A stretch of 64,000 nt of DNA from an uncultured Candidatus Saccharibacteria bacterium (GTDB lineage Bacteria > Patescibacteriota > Dojkabacteria > J137). This document shows positions 49,737-58,763 of the stretch, piece after piece (the first letter of the stretch is position 1; each line of letters begins with the position of its first letter). Both the position numbers and the translations under genes were made by a program. The notes under the pieces are model-generated. The model was not told where the DNA came from. It did not search any database and was given only the letters and a program-made list of their open reading frames with translations. The stretch spans positions 3,693 to 67,692 of the forward strand of contig CAZSKK010000003.1 of NCBI GenBank assembly GCA_964607415.1, given 5' to 3'.

Positions 49737-50178
49737 AACTTTACCTAATAGACATGAGTTTGAAGTATTCTTTCGAGGAACAGGAAGACGTTCCAATCCT
49801 TTCGTTCCTCGATCCCTAACAAATGAAATTGCTATTGGTACATTTTTTAATTTATTGCCTTTTAGCCATCCTGAAAATGGTGGTTATCCTTTGTTTTTGG
49901 AGGTTTTTACTGGGCAAAACGAGACTCACTTTATCATAGAAGCATGCAGAGATTGCTATGGGCAATTAACTTACAACATTTTACTAAAAGAAGGATATTT
50001 ACCCTCTAAATCCGTAAAAGATTATTTTGAGCTACAAAAAATAGTAAACAAAATACTTCCAAATCCCGTAGAATACAATCTTGAGAATATTTCACTTCAC
50101 GAAAGACATAACAATCCAACCAAAGTCCTTCTGGATTCTGAACCGTATTTAGATATCACTATGCAAATAGAGGCATAA
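49726..50178 (+). CDS. Hypothetical protein (about 150 aa)
   Basis: The start is placed at MKVETLPN. It overlaps the previous ORF by 11 nt. Confidence 0.4.
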   Translation: MKVETLPNRHEFEVFFRGTGRRSNPFVPRSLTNEIAIGTFFNLLPFSHPENGGYPLFLEVFTGQNETHFIIEACRDCYGQLTYNILLKEGYLPSKSVKDYFELQKIVNKILPNPVEYNLENISLHERHNNPTKVLLDSEPYLDITMQIEA

Positions 50179-50240
50179 CATTTGTTGACTTCATTTTACG
50201 ATTATCTATAATATAATTATATTTCTTATTTGAAAATATT

Positions 50241-50816
50241 ATGGCTAATCCCACCCATGTTGCAATTGTAAATGAGGCATTGAAAAATCAAGCTGATGCA
50301 GGAAGAAAATTACAAAATGAGATTACAGAAGAAAAAGCAAATAGAGACACTTCTTATAAATCTCTTGAATATAAGCCTATTCCTATAATTCCCGTAGAGT
50401 TGTCATACAATAAATACGAACAGATGGATTTTGAGTCAATTCTACATGAAATTGATGAAATAAATTCAAACTACAAATCCGATCCAGCAGGAACAAACAA
50501 TAAAATCAGATGGTATCGTGAAAATCCCCAATCTCCACTTGCTAAATTAAAAACAGATTTAAGCTTAGCTATTGCAGAACAGATAAAATCTATCAATCAA
50601 AACAGCGAATCCCACCATGCCAATGAAGGTTTTATAGCAACTGTAATTAAATTTTCAGGTTCAGATTTACAAATTACTTTAAAAGGGCAGTATGGGATCG
50701 GTAATGTAAGTGGATTTATTACAGGAGGTGATGATATAGATCCAGCATTTCTTGATACGTTAACTTTTCTTGTACAAGGTTCACATGGAGGATTTGGTGT
50801 AAACTTACAAATGTAG
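50241..50816 (+). CDS. Hypothetical protein (191 aa)
   Basis: The ORF is last in the five-gene array. There is no recognisable motif. Confidence 0.4.
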   Translation: MANPTHVAIVNEALKNQADAGRKLQNEITEEKANRDTSYKSLEYKPIPIIPVELSYNKYEQMDFESILHEIDEINSNYKSDPAGTNNKIRWYRENPQSPLAKLKTDLSLAIAEQIKSINQNSESHHANEGFIATVIKFSGSDLQITLKGQYGIGNVSGFITGGDDIDPAFLDTLTFLVQGSHGGFGVNLQM

Positions 50817-50818
50817 TT

Positions 50819-52021
50819 TTACTTGAACTTATTCATCCAATCAGAATAAAACTTCAAATTATGAATTGTAGCAAGTCTTAGTCCACTTGATTCGTTAATT
50901 CGGATTAAATGTCTTAAATAACTTCTAGACACCGTTTTACAACATTCGCAATCACAATTTTCATCTACAGGCTTATCATCAAATTTATATCTTTCAGATC
51001 TTAAATGCAAAACATCGTATTTTAAGTTTTTATAGCCCTTTTGTACGTCGCCTTGTTCTTCTGAAACATATAAATATCCATGCCTTGCATTTCTGGTTGG
51101 CAAAACTGTATCAAATAAATGCCACCCAGTTTCTACACAAAATGCAATATCATCAGGTTGCCCAACGCCCATTGCATATTTGATTTTATCTTTAGGAATC
51201 AAATCCGACACAAATTGCAACATTTCTTTATAGAATTTTCCTTTGTCTTCATCATCTCTCCAGGTTAAACCTGAATTTAAAGGTACTCCACCAAAATTGT
51301 ATAAATCAAAATCTAAATCGATTAATTCTTTTGCGCTTTGTTTTCTAAGTTTAAAATCATCCCCACCTTGAATAACAGCCCCTAATAACGGTCTCAGGTT
51401 ACCCTCTCCTTTGGGACGAGAATGCATATTATGCATTCGGGCTGTTTTTTTTCCCCCATCACTTGACGACCCATGGAGCTCATCATACTTTTTCTTTGCC
51501 CTTTCAGCCCATTTTGTATTTATCCGAACACATTCTTTTCGCTCTTTTAAACTTGAATTCCCAATAATTGGGAAGTCCAGAACAGTCATTATATCCGATC
51601 CTAAATTATGTTGAATAACCATTGAAGATTCTGGAGTTAGTAAACTTGATTTTCCAGTATTAGGATCTATAAAACTACAACCTACTTCTGTTGCGGAATT
51701 CTGGGAGTTTCCACGTTTACTGTTTATTAAAGAAAAGACCTGCCAACCACCACTATCAGTTAATATGGGCCTATCCCAGCCAAAAAATTTATGAATTCCG
51801 CCAAATTTTTTTATAAACTGGCTGCCTATTTTTTGCTCAATGTGAAGTGTAGTGGTTACTATTTGTTCAATACCAGCATTTTTTGCATCCGCAAAGCTTA
51901 CGGTTTTAATTGAGCCATAAGTTGCATCCGGCATAAATGCCGGGAATTTTATCTCGCCGTGATTTGTAACCAATTTATCCATGGTGTAATATAGAGCTAA
52001 TTTACAAATTTCGCAACACAC
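50819..52021 (-). CDS. tgt: Queuine tRNA-ribosyltransferase. It carries an in-frame insertion of about 23 aa derived from repeat elements.
   Basis: The motifs are ILTDSGGWQVFSL and GVGQPDD. The Zn site is CDCECCKTVSRSYLRHL. The insertion ELHGSSSDGGKKTARMHNMHSRPKGEGNLRP has no counterpart in E. coli Tgt and is encoded at about 51395-51480. Confidence 0.9.
   Translation of the reverse strand: MCCEICKLALYYTMDKLVTNHGEIKFPAFMPDATYGSIKTVSFADAKNAGIEQIVTTTLHIEQKIGSQFIKKFGGIHKFFGWDRPILTDSGGWQVFSLINSKRGNSQNSATEVGCSFIDPNTGKSSLLTPESSMVIQHNLGSDIMTVLDFPIIGNSSLKERKECVRINTKWAERAKKKYDELHGSSSDGGKKTARMHNMHSRPKGEGNLRPLLGAVIQGGDDFKLRKQSAKELIDLDFDLYNFGGVPLNSGLTWRDDEDKGKFYKEMLQFVSDLIPKDKIKYAMGVGQPDDIAFCVETGWHLFDTVLPTRNARHGYLYVSEEQGDVQKGYKNLKYDVLHLRSERYKFDDKPVDENCDCECCKTVSRSYLRHLIRINESSGLRLATIHNLKFYSDWMNKFK
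51395..51480. repeat. Family A hairpin (CCCTCTCCTTTGGGACGAG) plus a GCATATTATGC-type hairpin (GAATGCATATTATGCATTC). Both are embedded in frame in the tgt coding sequence.
   Basis: These are the same two hairpin families seen intergenically, for example at 43303-43328 and 58657-58675. The local GC is elevated. Confidence 0.65.
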
Positions 52022-52512
52022 TTAAAACCATACATCCCGTGAGATGTCTCCAAAGGATATAAAATGTCTAATTCTGATTTAAGTATTCCAATCTTATCTC
52101 TTATTTTTCCCAAAATCTCTTCTGCTTTTTGCTTACTTCCACATACAAAATTGAATTCAATAATAGCGTACCCTTTAACATACTCGTAATCTGCTGTATC
52201 CAATTTAGTATTTAAAGCATGGATTTTTGTCTGCGTATTTTCCTGGAGCTGTTCGATTGTAATAGATGGAAATCTATTTTTATATTTCTCATACTTTTTT
52301 ATCAAACCAATTCCTGAAGACTCATATCTTAATTCAACAATTCGAGCAGGAATTTCCTTGTAATCATCAATTGTAGATCTGGTTATTTGAATTCCACCAG
52401 CTAATAGTCCCAATTCATCTGTAGAAAAAGATTTAAGGAAATCATAAAACTCGTTACTTTTTTGCTCAAATAAAGGAACTGTGGGTTCGGAGTCAAAATC
52501 TAAATTAGGCAT
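51997..52512 (-). CDS. Hypothetical protein (171 aa), a paralog of the upstream 205-aa protein
   Basis: A C-terminal block EYVKGYAIIEFNFVCGSKQKAEE is shared with EYAEGIARIELTFVGKNQATAES of the neighbour. It overlaps the tgt start by 25 nt. Confidence 0.45.
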   Translation of the reverse strand: MPNLDFDSEPTVPLFEQKSNEFYDFLKSFSTDELGLLAGGIQITRSTIDDYKEIPARIVELRYESSGIGLIKKYEKYKNRFPSITIEQLQENTQTKIHALNTKLDTADYEYVKGYAIIEFNFVCGSKQKAEEILGKIRDKIGILKSELDILYPLETSHGMYGFKCVAKFVN

Positions 52513-52567
52513 AAAAAGCTAACTTGCTAATAAATTAATTTAGCAATTATAGCATCCCAATCAATAA

Positions 52568-53185
52568 TTATTGTTCCTGTAAATGTGCATAGCTTTCCGG
52601 GCTTCCAAATTCAAAAGTACAAGTTATTTGGTACACACCACTACCCAAAGGCTCTTCCTTTATTAAAATTAATCTGCCTTGAAAATCTTGCGCGTTTTTA
52701 TTAAAGTCTTTTTTAAGCCAGCTTTCTGCAGTAGCCTGATTTTTGCCAACAAAAGTAAGTTCTATTCTGGCAATGCCTTCAGCATACTCGCTTTCAGCTT
52801 TCTCCATTCTGCCATTCAATTTATCTATTTGCTCTATTATAGTTTCTCTGATGTACTCAACTGTGATAGTAGGATGATCTGCAACTAGAGACTTGTATTC
52901 ATCAGTCAAATTTTCTTCTGTCAAACGTAGTTTTAAACCAGCTATTTGCGTTTGACAATTTAAGCGATCACTGATTGTTGATCTTAAAATTACAACACTT
53001 GCCTCCGACCTATAATCCTCAGCGTTCTCAACCAAATACAAAACAAATTCTTCAAAAGCTTTTGCGTTTTTTTCAAACTCTGGAATGTTTTCAAAGGAAG
53101 CTCCTGCACTATCTGGTATTGGAGGAAGGTTATCATCAGGCATATCGGTGTTTTTAAATACGGAAATTATACAACAGAAAATCAA
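52568..53185 (-). CDS. Hypothetical protein (205 aa), a paralog of the previous ORF
   Basis: See the previous entry. There is no known domain. Confidence 0.45.
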   Translation of the reverse strand: MIFCCIISVFKNTDMPDDNLPPIPDSAGASFENIPEFEKNAKAFEEFVLYLVENAEDYRSEASVVILRSTISDRLNCQTQIAGLKLRLTEENLTDEYKSLVADHPTITVEYIRETIIEQIDKLNGRMEKAESEYAEGIARIELTFVGKNQATAESWLKKDFNKNAQDFQGRLILIKEEPLGSGVYQITCTFEFGSPESYAHLQEQ

Positions 53186-53327
53186 TAGTTTGAAATTTTA
53201 ATCAGTAAGTAAGAACACCCAAGTTCTACAATGAATTACCATTAATTACAACCTAATAAGATTTATGAATCTTTTTACAATGTTATAATAATTTTAAAAT
53301 CTACATTTTTAATTTTACATTTTTTGC

Positions 53328-53900
53328 ATGTACCCAAATATTACTCTTCAAATAAAAAATCATAAGCCTTTGATAGTTTTTAAGCCAAACGAAAGTGAAA
53401 GTAAAGTAATAACAGAAAAAATAGAAGACATTGCAGATATTATGATCAACCTTGCTAAAAAACTGGACCTTGAAAATGAGATTGCATCTCAAATCAATGA
53501 TAGAGAAATTATTATTGAAAACCTACTTCAACTGGCAAGGGAATCTGATGAAACTAAAGTAAGTGCATATACAGATTTAGATGCAACCAGTACAGAGTTT
53601 GAGCTTAAGAAAGCAGTAGATAGCTTTTTTAAAAATGCTGAAAACGAAAAAGAAGATTTTGATGCGATTGTAGAAGCATCGGTTCAAGTAAAAAAAGAAC
53701 TCCAAAGAAATCAAAATTCTGATATTTTCGCTGCCGGATTGGATGCCATTTATAATATCTTGATTGCAAAGACATTAATTGCTGCGGAACAGCTAGGCAT
53801 TGGAACAATAAAACTTGACGATGAGCATGAAAATATAAGACTTTATGAAAAAATGGTCCAAGAGCTTTCCAAGATTGGGATTTCTTTAAATGAAGATTAA
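53328..53900 (+). CDS. Hypothetical acidic, helical protein (190 aa)
   Basis: The ORF lies upstream of msrA on the same strand. There is no recognisable domain. Confidence 0.4.
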   Translation: MYPNITLQIKNHKPLIVFKPNESESKVITEKIEDIADIMINLAKKLDLENEIASQINDREIIIENLLQLARESDETKVSAYTDLDATSTEFELKKAVDSFFKNAENEKEDFDAIVEASVQVKKELQRNQNSDIFAAGLDAIYNILIAKTLIAAEQLGIGTIKLDDEHENIRLYEKMVQELSKIGISLNED

Positions 53901-53908
53901 AAATATTT

Positions 53909-54439
53909 ATGAAAGAACTAGCAACATTAGCTTCGGGATGTTTTTGGTGCACAGAAGCAATTTTTAAAAGAGTAAACGGTGTAATTTCAGCCACATCTGG
54001 ATATTCAGGGGGAAATATTGAAAATCCAACCTATGAAATGCTGCATACAATGGATACAGGTCACGCAGAAGCAGTTCAAATCGAATTTAATCCAGAAATC
54101 ATTTCTTACAAAGACATTTTATACATCTTTTTTAAAACTCATGATCCAACAACATTAAATAGACAAGGAAATGATGTCGGAGAAGAGTATAGATCAGCGA
54201 TTTTTTACCATAATAAAAATCAGAAAAAAATCGCTGAAGAAATGAAAAAAGAGCTCGAGAAAAACAAAACATTTAAAGATCCTATAGTAAGTGCAATCGA
54301 GCCATACAAAAACTTTTACAAAGCTGAAGAAGATCAACAAGACTTCTATCAGAAGAATCCTAACGCTGGCTACTGCCGAGTTATTATAGACCCTAAAGTA
54401 AGGAAGTTTATGGAAGAATTTGAAGAGAATCTTAAATAA
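53909..54439 (+). CDS. msrA: Peptide methionine sulfoxide reductase A
   Basis: The active site GCFWC and the motifs HAEAVQIEFNP and RSAIFYH are present. Confidence 0.9.
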   Translation: MKELATLASGCFWCTEAIFKRVNGVISATSGYSGGNIENPTYEMLHTMDTGHAEAVQIEFNPEIISYKDILYIFFKTHDPTTLNRQGNDVGEEYRSAIFYHNKNQKKIAEEMKKELEKNKTFKDPIVSAIEPYKNFYKAEEDQQDFYQKNPNAGYCRVIIDPKVRKFMEEFEENLK

Positions 54440-54513
54440 CCCCTCCTGGTGCTACGCACCTTCCTCCCCTTTAATTAAAGGGGAGGTGGCTCGGAGAGCC
54501 GGAGGGGTTATTA
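54437..54513. repeat. MITE-like repeat, family B (TAACCCCTCC ... CCTCCCCTTTAATTAAAGGGGAGG ... GGAGGGGTTATTA)
   Basis: It starts inside the msrA stop codon. It has terminal inverted repeats and a central perfect hairpin. Confidence 0.7.
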
Positions 54514-54561
54514 ATTGTTCGAATTTCGTAATTCGTATTTCGAGTTTGACAGCTTTAGCTG

Positions 54562-55248
54562 TTAGCCATATTTCTCAAAAAACACATGTCCTTCCGGAAT
54601 CCCCAGTCCTTTTAACACGTCCTGCATGTCAAATATCATTTGGTTTACACCACAGATGTAAAATTGTGTATCCGATACGTACTCACTTTTTTTCGGTAAA
54701 ACTTTTGTAACTCTTCCCTCAATTGTATATTCATCATAAGCTTCAGGCTGACTTATACATCTATAAAACTTAAAGTTTTTATAACCTAAAAACTTTTTAA
54801 AATAACTATCATACGCTTTGTTATCGGCTAAAGTCCTGGTTCCCAAAAAGAATTCAATTTCATTATCTGCATTATCTTGCAGCAATTTATCAATCATTGG
54901 AATAAAAGGCACAAGGCCTGTTCCTGTTGCAATAAAAACCTGTTTTGGAGCAGAGTAGTTACATTTAAAAACACCAAGAGGAAGTAGAGCCGTAGTACCT
55001 TCACCAATCTTCGCATTCGCAAAAAATTGTGATCCAGGCCCTCCAGGAGATAAATCTACGATCAATGTCATTAGCCCATTTTTAACCTCTAGAATTGAAT
55101 AAGATCTTCTTAAAGGCGGTTTAACAACAATACTTGCAAATTGTCCCGGTTCAAAAACCAAATCCTTTGGAACAATGTATTTATACTCCCAGACATTTTT
55201 TGTAAGTTGAGATTTTTCGGATAATGTGATCTGTGTGTTGTATACCAT
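54562..55248 (-). CDS. Ferredoxin-NADP+ reductase-type FAD/NAD(P)-binding oxidoreductase
   Basis: The FAD-binding motif is RRSYSI. GGPGS is present. The NAD-binding motif is VFIATGTGLVPF. The length is 228 aa. Confidence 0.7.
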   Translation of the reverse strand: MVYNTQITLSEKSQLTKNVWEYKYIVPKDLVFEPGQFASIVVKPPLRRSYSILEVKNGLMTLIVDLSPGGPGSQFFANAKIGEGTTALLPLGVFKCNYSAPKQVFIATGTGLVPFIPMIDKLLQDNADNEIEFFLGTRTLADNKAYDSYFKKFLGYKNFKFYRCISQPEAYDEYTIEGRVTKVLPKKSEYVSDTQFYICGVNQMIFDMQDVLKGLGIPEGHVFFEKYG

Positions 55249-55453
55249 AAATTGATTTTAAACTAAAATATTATAGCAGAAGCCAGAGACCAGAAGTCAG
55301 TAAATAGAAATGAAATAACTGGCTCCCGTCCTCTGACCTCCAACCTCTATTCTGGTATAATATCCTTAAATTTAGAGCTAATTGCTAAAGCGCTATAGCT
55401 ATTAGCCATTTACCATCGACATGGGACTCAACTTATAATTTAAGCTTTTACAA

Positions 55454-56398
55454 ATGATCTCTATATTAATTACAGCCTGGAAAGAGGATAAAACAATTGC
55501 TAAATGTATTCGTTCAATTGCAGATAGCGAATATTCTGGAATAGTTCAGCCATTCGAGATTTTGCTTGCCTGTCCGGATGAGCAGACAAGATTGGAAGCC
55601 GAAAAAGAAATTAAAAGGCTTGGTTTAAAAGATAAATTCACGCATGTTAAGGATCCAGGGAAAGGAAAACCTACAGCACTAAACATGCTAATGGAAAAAG
55701 CAAAAGGTCAGATTTGGATTTTTACAGATGGTGATGTTTACTTTGGTGAAAATGCTGTTAGAAATCTTGTTGTAGAATTTAATGATAAATCAGTCAAACT
55801 AACTACTGGTAGGCCTGTATCTGGTGATACTAAAAGTAATATTATGGGCTATTTTGGACATTTACTTGCAGACGCAGCTGACCATAAAAGAAAACTTGAG
55901 TTATCCGATAACCCAGTGGGAAAAAGCACAAAATTAATAAAAAAAGTGGGCTTTTTCCCTGTGAGTGGCTATATTTATGCAATGCGTGCAGATAAATCAA
56001 TAAAATTTCCTGTAGATACGCTTGTGGATGATGCATACATTTCATATTTAGTATTTAATAATGGAGGGAAAATTGCGTACGCAGAAGATGCCATTGCCTA
56101 CATAAAATACGCGACAAATCTTAAGGATTATTTTAAGCAAAAGAAAAGGTCAACAGGAGGTTACGTTCAGCTTTGGGAATATGGCCTTGTAAAACCTGAA
56201 ACCAAAACTAGATCAGTAAAAAAAGAGCTGGAGTACTTCTGGTTTCCGTTTAAATATGCTAAAAACCTTAAAGAATTAGCTTGGTCTATTTGTTTATATC
56301 CTATAAGATTGTGGCTTTGGATTATGATTATTTGGGAACGTAGAGTGGTAAAGAAAGATTTTGTTAAGACCTGGGTTAGAGTAGAGAGCACCAAGTAG
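55454..56398 (+). CDS. Family 2 glycosyltransferase-like protein
   Basis: The N-terminal Rossmann-like region has IFTDGDV, which is D-x-D-like. The C-terminus is hydrophobic. Confidence 0.6.
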   Translation: MISILITAWKEDKTIAKCIRSIADSEYSGIVQPFEILLACPDEQTRLEAEKEIKRLGLKDKFTHVKDPGKGKPTALNMLMEKAKGQIWIFTDGDVYFGENAVRNLVVEFNDKSVKLTTGRPVSGDTKSNIMGYFGHLLADAADHKRKLELSDNPVGKSTKLIKKVGFFPVSGYIYAMRADKSIKFPVDTLVDDAYISYLVFNNGGKIAYAEDAIAYIKYATNLKDYFKQKKRSTGGYVQLWEYGLVKPETKTRSVKKELEYFWFPFKYAKNLKELAWSICLYPIRLWLWIMIIWERRVVKKDFVKTWVRVESTK

Positions 56399-56869
56399 TC
56401 TTCAGTTCTTAATTGTCAGTTCTCAGAATAACCTATTGGGAAATATAAATATGTTCGTTCCTAGTATAAATTCCTAATGACCAGAAGACTAGCAATTTTC
56501 AATTTCAAAGCATCAATTTTCAAGTTAGTCACTTTGAAAATTCTTTACATTTGTAAATTGATAATTTATCTCTAAACTTTCATGCCAAATAATTTAAACG
56601 ATGAGCTGTCAGAAAACGACACCCAGGAATATAGATTTGAGTTAAAGTTTACAGAAGCAATTGCACATAACGCTGCAGCAATTTTAATTTGCTTTGTTTG
56701 CTCAACTTTACTTTATTGTCACGATTTAGAAAAGGAAGCAGAAGTTTTTGCAGTACTTGGCTCAATCTTTGCACTAAATTTAGTACGGCTCGAATTCATG
56801 TATAACCAAAACGAACAGTAGTAATTTCCAAACACGTGAACTCGTTAACCCGCGAACTCTTTAACAATT

Positions 56870-57532
56870 TCACCATTCTATTTCCCCCAATCCTTTACTT
56901 TTTAAATATTCGTTTGCTTTACTAAATGGTTTACTGCCGAAGAACCCGCGATCAGCTGAAAATGGTGAAGGGTGTGCAGATTTGATTATAAAGTGCTTTG
57001 AAGAATCAATTAATGCTTCCTTTTTTTGCGCGTAAGCTCCCCATAAAAAGAAAACAACATGCTCTTTTTTTTCAGAAACTATCCTAATTACTTCATCTGT
57101 AAATTGTTCCCAACCCTTACCTTGATGCGATGCAGGCTCTCCTTTTCTAACAGTTAACGTTGCATTTAAAAGTAAAACTCCTTGCCTTGCCCAACGGGTC
57201 AAATCACCAGTTTTAGGTGGTTCTACTCCTAAATCGGCTTTCAGCTCTTTATAGATATTAATTAATGATGGCGGAATTCTTTGCTCTGGATTTACTGAAA
57301 AAGCTAGCCCATTAGCAACTCCAGGTGTATGGTATGGGTCCTGGCCAATAATTACCAATCTTACCTTATCAAAAGGGCATTCATCAAATGCTCTAAATAT
57401 AAAATTGCCTTTAGGAAAAACTACTTTTGAAGAGTATTCATCTTTAACAAACTTTGTAAGCTCGTTAAAATATGACTTTTCAAACTCCTGCTCTAATACT
57501 TTTTTCCAAGAAGTCTCAATTTGTACGGACAT
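56870..57532 (-). CDS. ung: Uracil-DNA glycosylase (family 1)
   Basis: The motifs are GQDPYHTPGVANGLAFSV and HPSPFSA. The water-activating and Leu-loop regions are present. Confidence 0.9.
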   Translation of the reverse strand: MSVQIETSWKKVLEQEFEKSYFNELTKFVKDEYSSKVVFPKGNFIFRAFDECPFDKVRLVIIGQDPYHTPGVANGLAFSVNPEQRIPPSLINIYKELKADLGVEPPKTGDLTRWARQGVLLLNATLTVRKGEPASHQGKGWEQFTDEVIRIVSEKKEHVVFFLWGAYAQKKEALIDSSKHFIIKSAHPSPFSADRGFFGSKPFSKANEYLKSKGLGEIEW

Positions 57533-57655
57533 ATAGTGATAAGTTAATTTGTCAATTAGTTAAAGGTCAATTTGTGGTCAGAATTAATTAACTGTAAACC
57601 AATTAACCAGTTAACTTTAACCAAAACCCTAACTCGTAAACCCAGAAACAACTCG

Positions 57656-58597
57656 CTAACACATAACACAATACACCTTCCCCTCCGACTCAAATTTACC
57701 AACCAATTTAAACCCAAATCTTTCAAACTTTTCTAAAACCTTTGTAACATTTGAATATTTAACAAAAACATCAATATTTTCAGTTTTTCCTTTTACAACT
57801 TCCCACTTCTGAATAAGCTCTTTTGATGTTTTTATGCCTACTACCAAGCATGATTCTTCCTTTCTAATTCTTAAAAGCTCTTTTATAAACTCAGTTTCGT
57901 GATCTTCTGAAATACTATTCCAAAAACTATCAATCCAAATCAAATCAAATGCTTTTTCTTTGTAATTATTCTTAAAAAACTCTTTAGATATTAAATTTGA
58001 CTTTATATTTAAGTTTGTTTTTACATATTTTACAGCATTTTTGGAAACATCAATTCCGAATATTCTGAAATTATTTTTAATAAAGTGTTTTAATAATTTC
58101 TGGGAATCAATTCCAATGAATAAAATTTGGTGTTTCACACTATCGGACAGTATTTGGCTACTTTCAATACTGGCAAATATTTCGTGGAACATAGTTTTCT
58201 TTTCTTTAAACTCATGGTCATTCTTTTCTAAAATTGCTTTAAAGTACTTGTTTTTAAATATTGCCAAAGATTTACTTATATATTTATAGTCAAAGCTATT
58301 TTGTGCTCTTAATTTTTTAACCTCGGCTCTTATTTGTTTCAATTTCCATAAAAATATTGGTCCACGGTTTTCAAACCTGGAATCAACCGCAAAGCTATAT
58401 GCCTGCTCCATCAAAGATCTTTCGACACTTTTAGCAAGGCGCATATAAATTTTAAGATTACCAAGGTCGTTTAAGTCATGTGCCAATCTATAAGCGTATG
58501 CCTGAAATTCATGTGACGGATGGCGTTTACCATCAGAAATTCCGCTTTGGAAATCATGAGAAATTAATAAATCTTTTGCTGATTTAATTGCAGACAT
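57656..58597 (-). CDS. Hypothetical protein with a C-terminal class I SAM-methyltransferase-like fold
   Basis: ILFIGIDSQ is motif I-like. FDLIWIDSF is motif IV-like. The N-terminal 130 aa are unassigned. Confidence 0.4.
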   Translation of the reverse strand: MSAIKSAKDLLISHDFQSGISDGKRHPSHEFQAYAYRLAHDLNDLGNLKIYMRLAKSVERSLMEQAYSFAVDSRFENRGPIFLWKLKQIRAEVKKLRAQNSFDYKYISKSLAIFKNKYFKAILEKNDHEFKEKKTMFHEIFASIESSQILSDSVKHQILFIGIDSQKLLKHFIKNNFRIFGIDVSKNAVKYVKTNLNIKSNLISKEFFKNNYKEKAFDLIWIDSFWNSISEDHETEFIKELLRIRKEESCLVVGIKTSKELIQKWEVVKGKTENIDVFVKYSNVTKVLEKFERFGFKLVGKFESEGKVYCVMC

Positions 58598-58630
58598 TAA
58601 AAAAGATTAAAGAATTAGAATGTTTAGCAA

Positions 58631-58757
58631 TAACCCCTCCTTTAATTCCTCCTGAGAGTGCATATTATGCACTCGAATGAAGCTATAGAGGTTCGGTTTT
58701 AGCTGCACTCAAATGCACAATGTGCATTTTCGGGTGGCTTTAGCCGCTGGGGTTATT
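58631..58757. repeat. Composite family B repeat. It has TAACCCCTCCTTTAATTCCTCC / GCCGCTGGGGTTATTCC ends enclosing a GCATATTATGC-type hairpin and an AAATGCACAATGTGCATTT-TCGGG hairpin.
   Basis: The ends match 60317-60380. The internal hairpins match 43339-43353 and 35675-35693. Confidence 0.65.
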
Positions 58758-58763
58758 CCAAAG

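Noticed and set aside
54420-54710. 96-aa plus ORF after msrA
   Set aside because: It translates the family B repeat and the 3' end of the oppositely oriented oxidoreductase gene.
56582-56821. 79-aa ORF between the GT2 gene and ung
   Set aside because: It is short, has no motif and lacks start context. It is possible but unsupported and was left unannotated.
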